Source: the human T2T-CHM13v2.0 reference genome, Homo sapiens. From it: a stretch of DNA of 64,000 nt. The DNA lies in assembly GCF_009914755.1 (NCBI RefSeq), contig NC_060931.1; one strand, written 5' to 3'. The notes under the pieces are model-generated. The model was not told the DNA's origin, made no database searches, and saw nothing but the letters and a program-made list of their open reading frames with translations. The position numbers and the translations under genes were made by a program. Positions 28,426 to 47,660 of the stretch are shown one piece after another. Position 1 is the stretch's first letter. Every line of letters starts with the position of its first letter.

Positions 28426-30759
28426 TAGTTTGGAATTAAAATGTTGATATGAGGTAGGGAGAAAAATGCAGGTCTAATTAGCTTCAATGGGTAAGTGTGA
28501 CCATGCACATGTATGTATTGTGTCTTTCTGAGTCTATAGAATAAATATCTCCAAAAATTTTCACATAAATCAGAACTGTTTCTAAAATTTTTTAGCTTGC
28601 AATTAAGAAAAAAATAACAATATGAGTTTCTGTAGAAGTGTCCAAGGATGAGATTGTAGCTCTCCATGTGAAATCAAATCATATAGGAGTGCCTATCTGC
28701 CAGGTGAGCATGAAACATTTTGTATCTCAGTTTCACCTTTAATATTCTGACACAACCTGGATGAGGAAGAAACTATAACTCAAAATAAGCACAGAGACAA
28801 ACATAATTTACTATAAAATGAAACCAAACAAAATTGTCATGTTGAGGAAACATGCAGGTTCTTGTAAATTGTCATGTTGAGCAACAGCTTTAATGATAGA
28901 CTTCGAATAAAATGAAGCCTTTGTAAAGACCTCTTTCTTCTCCTTTAACTACCAAAGAAGATTCCTAGTCTTGCACTAGGGAACTGAGTTTCCTGTTCAT
29001 TATATTTTCAGAACCACAAATTGTTTCTATTGAATAATAGTTTCAACTCCAGGCTGTCATGGAAAAGCCTATGTCACTAACACACTATAATAAAAGGATT
29101 TTGTAGATGATAGAGGATATTATCTGAATTAAATGAACAAAGGTTTCAAAAGAATATAAATTATTATGTTCAGATTTCATTTCTTAAAATCAAATGTATA
29201 GCACACTATATAGAGGCAGGATATGAACAAGAAGATTCCTGGGAGTACTAGCAGGAAAAAAATCTTTTTAATAGTTCTCTTTAAACCCCAATTCCAAACA
29301 GTGATCAGTTCTTATAAATCAGTATGACCTATTGCTAATGATAATCTCTAAAAGCAATAGAGTAGGTGCCAAATTGGACACACAGTTAAATTTTTACCTC
29401 CCTTAATTGCATTAAAATTTCAAATAAATTGAAATATTAATATTTTTATATTTTGTTTACTTATACAGGCCATGATTTGTTCAGTACTGTAACTGAGACA
29501 GAGATGATAATGCATGAGTCACTTAAAAATAGTGAGAAAGCTGTGTTAGTCAAAGTTCTTGCAGGAAACAAACACTGTGATATTATAAGTAGAAAGGGAT
29601 TTAATAGAAGGATTGAATGATCATGAAGTTATTGCAAGGGCTGAGAAACATAATGTAATCTGGGTCCCAGGCATTTCAGAGCAGAAAGATCTGACCTGAT
29701 ATGAGAGCTACTACCTCTGCCCTTGTCAGGAATGTGATGAAATTCTCAATGCCCCTGCAGACAGACACTCACACAGCTCTCAGTGGCTATAACATTGGTG
29801 AATGGAAAATGGAACAGAATCTGGCCACCACCCTTACTAAAATACCCCTAGACATACATGAAACTGAAGACGGGGCACTGGAATGGAGCACTGCTACAGA
29901 AAACCTACTTTTCCATAGTCTTTTCTGTATGGACACATAAGAAGATGAGCATGGCTTCACATGTGCCTCTCAAATTCCACATGAGTAAGTCAAATGGTGG
30001 GAATCCAATTTGCACCTGGAATACTACCTAGAGCAGGTAGTAGACGCAAAGCATTTCATTGTTTTAGCAGCTGTGGTACACGAGAGGAGAATAGCAGGAA
30101 GTTGGAATGAAAGCTGAATGCCATCTGACAATATCCAAGACAAAGTTAAGGAGCCAGCTAATCCCCTGAACAAAATATTAGCCATACCCAGTAATCCTTC
30201 TGTGGCCCCCACCTTATTTCATTTGTCTCTTTGTTCCTTCTGCTAATTAATCCTTTTTTCCCCAGCAATGTTCTTTGTGTCCTCAGTAACCCCATACTAT
30301 AACTGAGCTCATTTACCCTCAAACTCTTCATTGAATCCTTACTCTACGCTCTTGTCTTGTCTCTGTATGGCCACACTGCTTATGAGGAAAGCACTCAGCG
30401 TTGCAGTTTTAAGGAAAGCATTTGTTAGACCAAATTTGAAAAGTTACAGTGTCAGCATTCTCTTGAATTTTCAATGTCTCTCTTATTAAATTTTCCCTTT
30501 AAAATATCCTGATTCCCAACTCTGATGATCATGAGAACTAAACACACTTTTTACCCCCTCTCATTACTGACTTTCTGCCTACTTACATTTGTTGAGGACT
30601 TCAGCATCTGGACCACAGGTTTCTGTCCTTGAACCTGAAATATCTCTGAGTTATTTACATAGATTGTGAAAGAGATTTTTATATTGCTGAATTCATCGTC
30701 TTTTCATTCTCCAACTTTAGTGACTCACCACTACTCTATTTCAACACATTCCAATATCA

Positions 30760-32950
30760 AATTTCTTCTTGATGAGTTGACATTTTAATCAATTCATAAT
30801 ATCTTTCTTTGTAGCTTGTAACGTATTTTTGTTTTATAACCATTTTGTCTGATAGTGATACGGCTCCGTTGTCTGGGGAAACACCCAGGGTCCTTGGTTT
30901 CACACCAAGAAAATTAGCAATATGGACACACGTGGAGTGCATTAAGGAGCAGAAAGTTTAATAGGCAAGAGAGAAGAGAACAGCTCCCCTGTACAGAGGG
31001 ATGAGGGTTCCGAATAGAATAACCCTGCCTGCCAGCAGAAAGCTGGCGGTCATACTGGGAGGCGCGAGAAGGTGGTGTCTGATTTGCATAGGGCCCAGGG
31101 GATTGATTTGACCAAGTGTGTGATTCATGTAGCCAGCAAAAAAACTGGCCCACCCACCCTAACCTTTTAATATGTAAATGTGGCTACCTGGCTGGTCGCC
31201 ATGATACCCATACACGTGGCCTCTGCTTGGCTGGCCACCATGATGTCCGCACCCTTGATAACAAAGAAAAAGTAGCCGAACCACCATATTGGGTGAACCT
31301 GGCTCTTAGCCACCTGCATTTACATATGCAAGCCTGTGGCTTGCATATCAATGCTTGCAAGTCTGTTTTTCCAGGTTGCTTTCTGTTAGGAAAGAAGTGT
31401 TTTTGGGGCTGATATTTTTATTAAGAGAAAAAGCCTTACCGAGGACTTTTTACCCTTTCTAGCTGCCTAAAATAATTTCTTAATATTCCTGTAATAATAG
31501 TATAACCATTCCAGATCTCTTTTGGTTAATAATTGCATGAAACATCTTTTTAACATCCTTTCACTTTCAACCTATTTGTTTCTTTGAATGTAAAAATGAG
31601 TCACGTGTAGATAGCATATAGTTACCTCCATTTTAAAATTCACTCCATCAATCTCTGCTTTTAATAAGAGAGTTTAATCTTTTTACATTTAAAGTAATTA
31701 CTGATCAGGAGAAACTTTCTTCTGATATTTTGCTATTTGTTTTCTATTTATTTAATATACTAAATTCCCCCATTACCACCTACTTGTTGTATGTAACTGG
31801 TTTTTTTTAGCATACTGTTGTGACTTTCTTGTTAATTTTCTATATATTTTGAAATTATTTTCTTAGTGACTACCCTGGAAATTACAATTAAATTCCTAAA
31901 CTTATAAAAATCTATACTTAATTAAGACCAAGTTTCAATAGTACACAAAATTCTGCCTCTATACAGTCCATTTCTCCTCTTTTATGTAGTTGTTACAATT
32001 ACACCTATATAGATTTCTGCCAATTTGCAAATGTATAATTATTATTTTAAGCATTTTAAAACATACAAAAAGAAACATACAAACCAAAATTACAAAACAT
32101 TATCTTTGGTATTTATCTATATAGTTACCTTTACTAGTGTTTTTTATTTCTTCATGTTGCTTTTTTACTGTCTAGTATTCTTTCATTTCCACCCAAAGGA
32201 CTCCCTTTAGCGTTTTTTATAGGGTAAGTCTACTACTGACATACTCCAACTTTTGTTTACTTGGCAATGACTGAATTTTCCATCATTTTTGAAAGGTATT
32301 TTCCCAGATGTAGGATTAATGGTTAAATTTTTTTTTCTTTCAGCACTTTGAATAAGTATTCCATTGCCACTGCCTATGGCCTCCATAATTTCTGCTGACA
32401 AATTGGCTATTAACCTTGTTGAGGATCCCTTGTACATGATGAATTGCCTCTGCCTTGCTGCTTTCAAGATTCCTTATCTGTGACTTTGGGCAATTTAACT
32501 ACAATATGTTATAGTATAGATCTCTGTGTTCATCCTTCTTGGAGTTCATTGAGCCTCTTGGATGTATATATTTGTATCTTTCATCAAATTTGGAAAGTTT
32601 GGCCAATATTTTTTCTAACCTTATTTTTGCCTCTTTCTTTCTCTCCTCTCTTTCTGATACTCCCATCATTTGTATGTTGGTGCATTCAATGATATCCCAA
32701 AAGTATCTTAGGCTCAACAGTTTTTCTTCATTTTTTAATCTGTTTCTAATACTATATAATTTTAATTTACCTATCTTCATGTCTACTGATTATTTGTTAT
32801 TCCTACTGAAATCTGTAATTCAAACTCTGTAGTGAATTTTTTTTATTTCAGTTATTTTATTCTCATCCCAGAATATCTCTTTGGTCCTTCTTCAGAAATT
32901 TTGGTCTCCTTATTAACAATCTCATTTTCTTCATAAATTATTTTTCCAAT
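30760..32950 (-). mobile_element. Old L1M ORF1/inter-ORF region (continues as 5'UTR at ~39410-40560)
   Basis: ORF1-like translations MKAARQRQFIMYKGSSTRLIANLSAEIMEA and LRYFWDIIECTNIQMMGVSE. Confidence 0.75.
30856..31496 (-). mobile_element. ERV1 solo LTR (LTR9-like)
   Basis: tgatac...gtaata with 4-bp TSD ATAG (30852-55/31497-500); tttaataggcaagagag and tgatttgcatagggccca motifs. Confidence 0.8.
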
Positions 32951-32958
32951 TTCTTTTT

Positions 32959-39393
<6,435 letters not shown>

Positions 39394-42244
39394 CCAATTT
39401 CTTTTTATATGGTTTTCTTTAACAATTTTAGCATATTTAAGACAGTTTTATTTAAAGTTTTTGTCAAGTAAGTCCAATGTCTGTGCTTCATCAGGGATAG
39501 AAATCAGATTCTTTCTAATTTCTCCAATTAATGGGCCATATTTTCTTATTTCTTTGTATTCTTTATAAATTTTTGTTGAAAACTAGACATTTTGAATATT
39601 ACAATGTGTTAACTATAGAAATCAGGTTCTTTCTATTCCTCATGTTGGATCTGTAGTTTTCTGAGAGTTGTGATTATTTATCCAGTGACTTATCTGTACT
39701 GTTTTTGTATGGTTTATATTCTTTGTTATGTATGGTTTCAGGAATCTCTGTTCTTTTTGCCTGTGGTTAACTAGTGTTTTTAAGAGATTTTCCTGAAGTC
39801 CTGGGGAAAAAAAAGAAGAAGAAGGACAAAACAAGATAAAAGAAAGAAAAAATAATAAGGAAAAAAATTCTTCCAGGCTTTATAGATTGGCTCTGTGTTG
39901 GGGCAATGCTTCAATGGTTGGCCAGGCCTTCACAATGCTTCCTTATATTTCACTTCTTGCTTGCTCTGAGACTAAATTTCAGCCAGAGGTGAAGGTCTTC
40001 TCGGGTCTCTTCTGAGCATCCTTTTTCCCTGGGAATGTATGTGGCTTTACAGACTCCACAGTATACTGGCACTTTTCAATGCCCTAATTTTCCCCAAATA
40101 ACTCTTTCCACATTTTTCCCCCAGGCTTTTAGAGTCTCTATTATTTGTGTCAACTGAACTCTCTCACCCCAGATGGCATGAAGTTTTTTCATTTGATTTA
40201 TAATGTTATTGAGGAATGTACTCTGCTCAGCCATTTTTCTGCCCTAAGAGACTTCTGAGTTGCACAAAACAAAGGTGAATACCTTGAGTCTGTCCTCCAG
40301 GAAGCTACACGACAGGACAAAACTACCAAACAAAGTAATAATATTTATGTTTAAGAGTAAGTTCTACTACTCTGCCCTTTCTGGAACCAGGAACCAGGGT
40401 CTTTTATTGAGAATGCAGGCTGCTGGCTTCAAAACTGTCATTGAGTCGGGGTAGGTGGGAGGCAAGGGCAAGTAAAAATAATGCAAGGCTTTTGTGCTTT
40501 TTTTAAGTTGGCTTTTTCTAGAATCAGCATTTGCTAGGTTGCTGTAAAACAAGAAACCATATGTTTTAATACATTTTTTTAAAGAGTTCTGTGACACAGT
40601 TATAATAACTAAAAGGGCAACTGTTTCCTTAGTTTCTCCTAATTTTCCTTTACCTAAACTTTGTCTTTACATTATCGTATGTTCCATTCACTCTCAAATG
40701 TACCTATTGTTCTTACCCACCAGCTCATACATAAGTATCTCCTCCAGTCCTGATCTTTTTCCTGAGCTTCATATTCATACCATCAACAAATGAACCCAAA
40801 ATGACCAAGATTCAACTCATAGCATACCACCTGTAATCTACACATCTGGCCATTGTCTGGATTGTGTCTAAGCTTTAGCCTCCACTCCTAATACTTCCTG
40901 CTTTGTACATCCGCATAATGAAAACTAAACTTTACTCTTGTCTCAATACATTTGTTTTTATTTCATCATGCTGAAATTTTATCTGTTTATCTCATCCAAT
41001 ATACTATAAGCCATTCATATGTGATTACCCAGTACCTAACTCAATATTCAATATTGATAATAAATATTGATGAACTGTATTAACTAATGAAAATTGTAAT
41101 ACTCCAGTCATATCCATAGGTGGCAGTAAGCTCCTAAAATTATGAGGAAAGTGGTCTGTGTCTAAACATAATTAATCACAGAAGTTAAAATGTTAAAATG
41201 ACCTGGTTTAACTTATATTTTGGTCTTTTCATGCATACCAACTGCATAAGCTTTCACTTTTCAGAAATATTAAGCAAGGAGAAGAGAATACAATCTATTA
41301 AACTAGGAGCTCTTTGAAATGTTTTTCTACCTTAATTGCTCAGTTTTCAGACTCACCTATGACACTTCCTCACTCCTTTCAGCCTTCTCATTTGAGTATA
41401 AACTCAGTGCCAATTTTATCTAGAAGAAACTGATATGAAGAGTTTTCAGCCAACATTTAAAGCAAAATACAAGTTCAGTTTAAATAATTTGAATTTCTAT
41501 TTTTCCTAATTCTTTGGATATTCTATAACAAGTGTACAAAGCAATATGAGATTTTTAAAGATGATCTTGTTTTGATAATGAACAAGTTATTTTAATATAA
41601 ATTCAGCAGTTTCCTCTGGAATCCATTTTGCTACAATACTACAAGTATGCCTATATAGATATACCCTGTAAGTAACAACTAGTTTATAAAATGAAATGTC
41701 ACATCACCAAATTATCTGAGACCGTATTTTTCCACTTATCAAATAACAATAAGACATCCATATTCCATCTGGGTTTACTAATTTATCAAGGCCTACTGAA
41801 AATTCCTATTTCTGAAAAAAATCTTCCTATGTACTTTAAAATTAATATTCTCTGGACTTCAAAATTATTTTCCAAACAATGGGCTTTGTTATCTACTCAC
41901 AGATACATTCTGGGATTAGTGTATGAGTTGCAGATGATTTTCCTCATAAAAGATTTTATATGTAGCCTCTGGATCTGGCTTCTATATATTTGTTTGGTAG
42001 TTCCTGAGCAAATCTGTGAAGTTGGTTTAATATATTTTTGGTATCTTAACTCTTTATCTTGACAAGGGACACTCTGCCTACCCCATATGTTTTATTCAAT
42101 CATGCTATATCGCTTTTCCTTAAGTATACCTTAATTTCTAAGAAGTTATTTATTATACCACTAATGTATCATATCATAATAAAGAATAATTTAAAATCAA
42201 TAACAAAAATGAACACAAGATTTCTATGGCTCTTATTTCCCATA

Positions 42245-42923
<679 letters not shown>

Positions 42924-43229
42924 CCGGGTAACCAATTATTGCCACAAGATATAATTTACCTTCTATTCTCAGATGCTGATTTACCAAGGGAGGTGATCAC
43001 ACTTCCCAAAACACTCTCTTGTCACCTTAGGCCTCAGGGAAGAAAGATAGGAGGAGGAAATACATATTAATGTTGCAACAATAGGATCTCTTTTCCTCTG
43101 CCTCTATGACAGGTTTCAGAAATGGAAGACAGAGGACACTTTATACAAACACATGTGGTTAATAATGGTCTATATACTGGTGATTGCAAAATCTTGTTCA
43201 GTGCTAACCACTACCCTGAGTCAAGACCT

Positions 43230-44075
43230 ATAGATCCAAATGCTCATTGAGCAGCTGCCTCGTAAACCTCAGGAAACCAATGTGTTCCCTCAGGACTTCT
43301 ATACCATTCACACACCCACTTCAACATTTCTCTTCATGATCTCCTGTTTCAGAAATCATTCCTTTATTTCCACTGAAACAGAAGCCTGGAAGACATCTTT
43401 GACCCTCTCTACTTCATCCCTGTAGCCATTCAGCTTTTAAAACGTGTCCTTTTCCCTAATATCACTGCAGTCTATTCACTTTTTTGCCTTCTCTGACAAT
43501 ACATTATCGTATATGACTATTGCATCTCACCAGGCTGATGAGGACACTAACTCGCCTTCTTCTCTTTATTTGTGCTCTCTCACCTCTTTAAGCTCTTTCA
43601 GTGGCTCCACAGGTAACCTACAGGAGTCTACAGCGTTAGCTACTCTTTAACCTTATTTCTCTTTAAGTCTCCTACTCCAATACAACCCTCCAGTCACAGT
43701 AAACAACTTGAGATTATGGACACTGACCAATCCCTCTTGTACTTCCTCACAATATTGGATCTCTGGTCTCAAGTATTTCTCTTCTTCACCTTTACCTGGC
43801 TTTCTCCTATCTAAGCTTAAGCCTCAGCTGTAACACCTTATTCTCCTTAGAATTTTCTTAACCTACTAAGAAGGATTCTCACAGCAACTGTCCTTAACAT
43901 TCTCACAGCTCTTTTACCCACTGCATTAAAAATCCCCCTTTTCCTGTCTAATCCACCGAACTGTGAGGTCTGTGAAGATGACTGTTTCTGAGTCAACGTT
44001 ATCCTCAGGGTTGGCTGAATGCCTGAGACACCATTGATACTCAACACAAACTTGCCTGATTTAATTGAATCTAGC
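43230..44075 (-). mobile_element. L2 remnant (duplicated; paralog at 49850-50750)
   Basis: Antisense L2-like motifs; aligns with 49850-50750 (accattcacacacc; cactgcat.aaaat.cccc). Confidence 0.6.
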
Positions 44076-45152
44076 AAAACTATGAATTTTACTTATGTGG
44101 AATGACAGGTCCGTGTCCTCAGCGGACAAAATTATTCAGCAGATTCAAAAGGGAGCTAGGAATAAAGTCCAGGCCAGAGCTCCAGCAGTCAGAGCTGCCT
44201 GTGTGGCACCAGCTGCGAGACCTGGCTTCAGATGCATGAGGGCGCCAAACTGCCTGCTAAAAAGCGGAACTGCTTTGTCCTCTCAGTTAAATTGTTCCCT
44301 TCAAATACTTACTAAACAAAGAGAAAATCTAGTTAATACATATGATCTTTCCAAATTGGCTCTAATTGCCTCTAGGCACTGTTAGGCATAGAAAATTTTC
44401 TATAGTTAAATGCATTTTCAAGAGTCTGGTTGTTTCAAGTCACGGTGTAGTTTATTCCAGACTACACTTTCTCATCATTGCACTATTTCAGTAATACCAC
44501 CTGGTCATGTAAAATCTCAATTATGGTTTCAGTAGTAGTGGAAAAATTAATTCTATTAAAATGCTTAGATGATCTAATTCTGAAGGGTTCAGTTAGAGCT
44601 TAAGTATACATGAATATATGAAGAAGAGTTGAAGTAAATATGAAGGTATGATATTTTGTGGGAATAAAACAACATTTTAAAGTCACTTTCCTATAATAAT
44701 CTATAAAATTTGTGCTAATTAAATCTTAATAAGTTTGCTATGATGTGGGTGGGGAGTACTGAACATGCCAGATTGTTAAATATATCAAAAATATGAAAGA
44801 AATATTTCAAAATAATGGAGGGTAGCTATTCCCATGAGCTTATAAATCATATTAGAAAGCAATAATTACTTTAAAATTAGGTGTAAATAGCCTTAAATAC
44901 ATAGGGGAATTTGGAAAGCAAGAAATAAAACTTCTCGAATAATTGGAAACATGAGTTATCTCATAAACTATATTGGGATAAATGGCTAAACATTTGAGAA
45001 GGAAATAATGCTGAATTTCTAATTTATTTCTTACACAAAACAGAGCAAGATCAAAACCTCAAATACAAAAAAGTAAAATAATAAAAATAACACAAAGAAA
45101 TTTTTTTAATTGTTAGATTCAGAAGATCTTTCCAAGTCAAAAATTAAGCCCG

Positions 45153-45463
45153 AGCCAGGCACGGTTGGTCACACATATAATCCCAAAACTTTGGGAGGTT
45201 GAGGTGGGAGGCTTGCTTGAGGCCAAGAGTTCCAAGACTAGCCAAGGCAACACAGTGAAACCTCATCTCCTCAAAAATCAAAACAAAACAAAAAATTAGC
45301 CAAGTGTGATGGTGCACACCTGTAGTTCCAGCTGTTTAGGAGGGTGAGGTAAATATTCCAGGCTTGAGCCTGGAAGTTGAGGCTGCAGTGAGCTGAGACT
45401 GTGCCACTGCACTTTAACCTGGACATCAAAGTGAGACCCTGTCTAAAAAATAAAGAAATAAAA
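45153..45463 (+). mobile_element. AluJ
   Basis: ttgcttgaggccaagagtt, gaggctgcagtgagct, A-rich tail. Confidence 0.88.
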
Positions 45464-45679
45464 TGAAGTCCAAAGTCCAAAAGAGAATATTGTCACAGTG
45501 CAAAATTTGGAAACATTTAAATATCAAACAACATCATAAATAATATTACAAAGGTCAGAAAGAAAAAACAAAATAAGAAACAAACGCTTGCAAAATGTCT
45601 ATTCCCCAAAATTCACCTATGAATTTAGAGCTAATCTAATAAAAATACTAGTAAGTTCAACTGAGGATGTATTTATAGT

Positions 45680-47660
45680 TTATTTTTTTGTTTGTTATTT
45701 GTGTGTGTGTTGTGTATTATTTTACCTCAATGCCAATCAGTATTGAGGTAAAAATGAAGTTACTTTAATAGATGGCTTATTGCAATTCATAGCATATAGA
45801 AACTGTTTCTAATGTTTTAGATGTCTCCACCTGGTCATGTAAAACTTCAATTATGGTTTAAACAGTAGTGGGTCAGTTAATTAAATTAAAATACAATACT
45901 TACATGATTTAATTTTAATAAGTTCCCGGAATTGATATTATATATTTAAAAATTAGATTAAAGCTATCTATATTTTGGAAACTATTTTAGGAATTAAAAT
46001 AATATAAAATTTCAAATGTACCATCAAGTAACATATTCAACTAAAAGACATGAGTCAGAATTATTTTAAAGAGAGAAAACACATCGGATGTCCTGTTCTA
46101 CCTGTGGATGTTCAGGGGTTTGCTGCTTTAAACCTAAATCAAACCTGCACATCTCCCTGCTTCCCTGAGCCCTCACAGCTCACCCCTCCTACTGCCTTGG
46201 GGTTTTGAGGATGCAGGGGATGCCCTGACCCTCTAGGGCCACTGCCCTGGGCTGCATACAGAAGAGTAGGCTCTAAGAGGTCACCTGCAAAAAGCTGGAT
46301 TTCAGACTCTAACTCAGCCATTTTTGCTTATTATGATCATTTGACTTTCTTAGATCATTGAGCTTTCTCTCAGTTGACAGAGTTGCCAAGCAACTCTCTT
46401 GAGCTATTTTTTCAACCTTGATGAAGGAAATGATGTTTTCCAATTGTTTCTCTAAGTCTTTGGCCATCATTCTGTAGAAGTCAATGTTTAGATATTTGCA
46501 TATACCTCGGGACGTTTCTATTTCTAAGCAGTTAATTCCCTTCTCTATTGATTTTCTGCAAAGTTGCATTTCATGTTCTTGATGTAGTTCAAGCAGTGTC
46601 TGGTGCTTTAGCTAAAGCTTTTGAATCTAGCTTTCAAACTGTGTATTGTCAACACTGTGTTTACTCTGCTTAGAGAGTTTTGACTTGAACTACAAGTGCT
46701 TCCTACATTTGATTTTATTCACATAACCTTTTAAATATTCTTTTTTTTGTCTCAAGTTTTTTTAAAAGGAAATATTTAACAGTATTGATGAGTTTCTTCC
46801 TGTTGGCTTGAGACTGATACTCTTGGTCTTCATTTTCTGACGTACTGTTTTAGTCTGGTTCCTTTTGTCTCATTCATATAATCTTCTCTTCACACTTTAG
46901 CACAGTTTAGACAGAGATTTTAACTAGCTCTACTTATCATTTACAACCTGTTCTCTTATGTGCTAAAGTTTGCAAGCATTTCTTTCTGCTCCTTCAGTTC
47001 TTACACTCTTTCTTGTCATTCACATGCAGGGAACAAGCACCTTTAGGCTTTCCTATAACTGTACATTTTTATCAAAGTTATTAGTTATGTCCTTCTGATG
47101 TTGTTCTGCATACAGGCTTCGGAGATGCATATATTGTTGGCCTCAATCACGGAACTGGTAGAATTCTGATGTCTCTTTGAGTGACTATATCTGTCCTTGA
47201 AAATGAGCCATCATCACTCTATTAAATGACATTTTAGAGGCCTTTCCCGCTTGTTCTTTGTCAAGGTCTACTGTATCTTCCAGTGAAAATGTGGACCTGG
47301 TTCACATCTTTATTAAGTGCTGACAAACACAAAATTTCAAAAGTTCAGAGGACTAGTCTCCATTGCAGGTGACTTGAGGGCTTCAAAGGCATGTATATTC
47401 GGTGTAATCTTTAAACCGACATGATTGTATTCTTCAACTTGGGCAGAAAATCTTTTAGCTAGCTCGCATTCCTTCAATGTACATCAGCAATATACTATAA
47501 AAACAACCAAAGTTGCACATACCAAGATTTTCAAGGGAAGATTAATCCAGACAACATCATCAGAACACTGCAGATGCTCCAGGACTAGCCAGGAGGACAT
47601 TTTTCTGGTGATGGCAGGTTCTCCATGGCTCTGTGTGGACACTGCAGCTCTGCCTCTGAC
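45680..47660 (-). pseudogene. Ancient processed pseudogene of cTAGE5/MIA2 (CTAGE family)
   Basis: Colinear and intronless with cTAGE5 as recalled: gccATGG at 47626; EPAITRKMSSWLVLEHLQ~EPGATPQPYLGLLLEELR; TM LPLKILVCATLVVF~FPWELVICAAVVGF; DNTQFES*IQKL*LKHQTLLELHQEHEMQLCRK~[63 protein letters not shown]~YRKRAKDLEEELE..ERNLNDLRKENAHNRQK; PEHPQVEQD~TEHPEPQQE; 3'UTR similarity and A-rich tail remnant at 45680-45720; several stops and frameshifts. Confidence 0.9.

Noticed and set aside
28831-28881. 16-bp direct repeat aaattgtcatgttgag with a 19-bp spacer (CRISPR-like look)
   Set aside because: Only two copies, in mammalian DNA; a simple local duplication.
41691-42062. 123-aa hydrophobic ORF as a TAS2R/GPCR remnant
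   Set aside because: No recognisable receptor motifs; hydrophobic composition is expected from AT-rich DNA.
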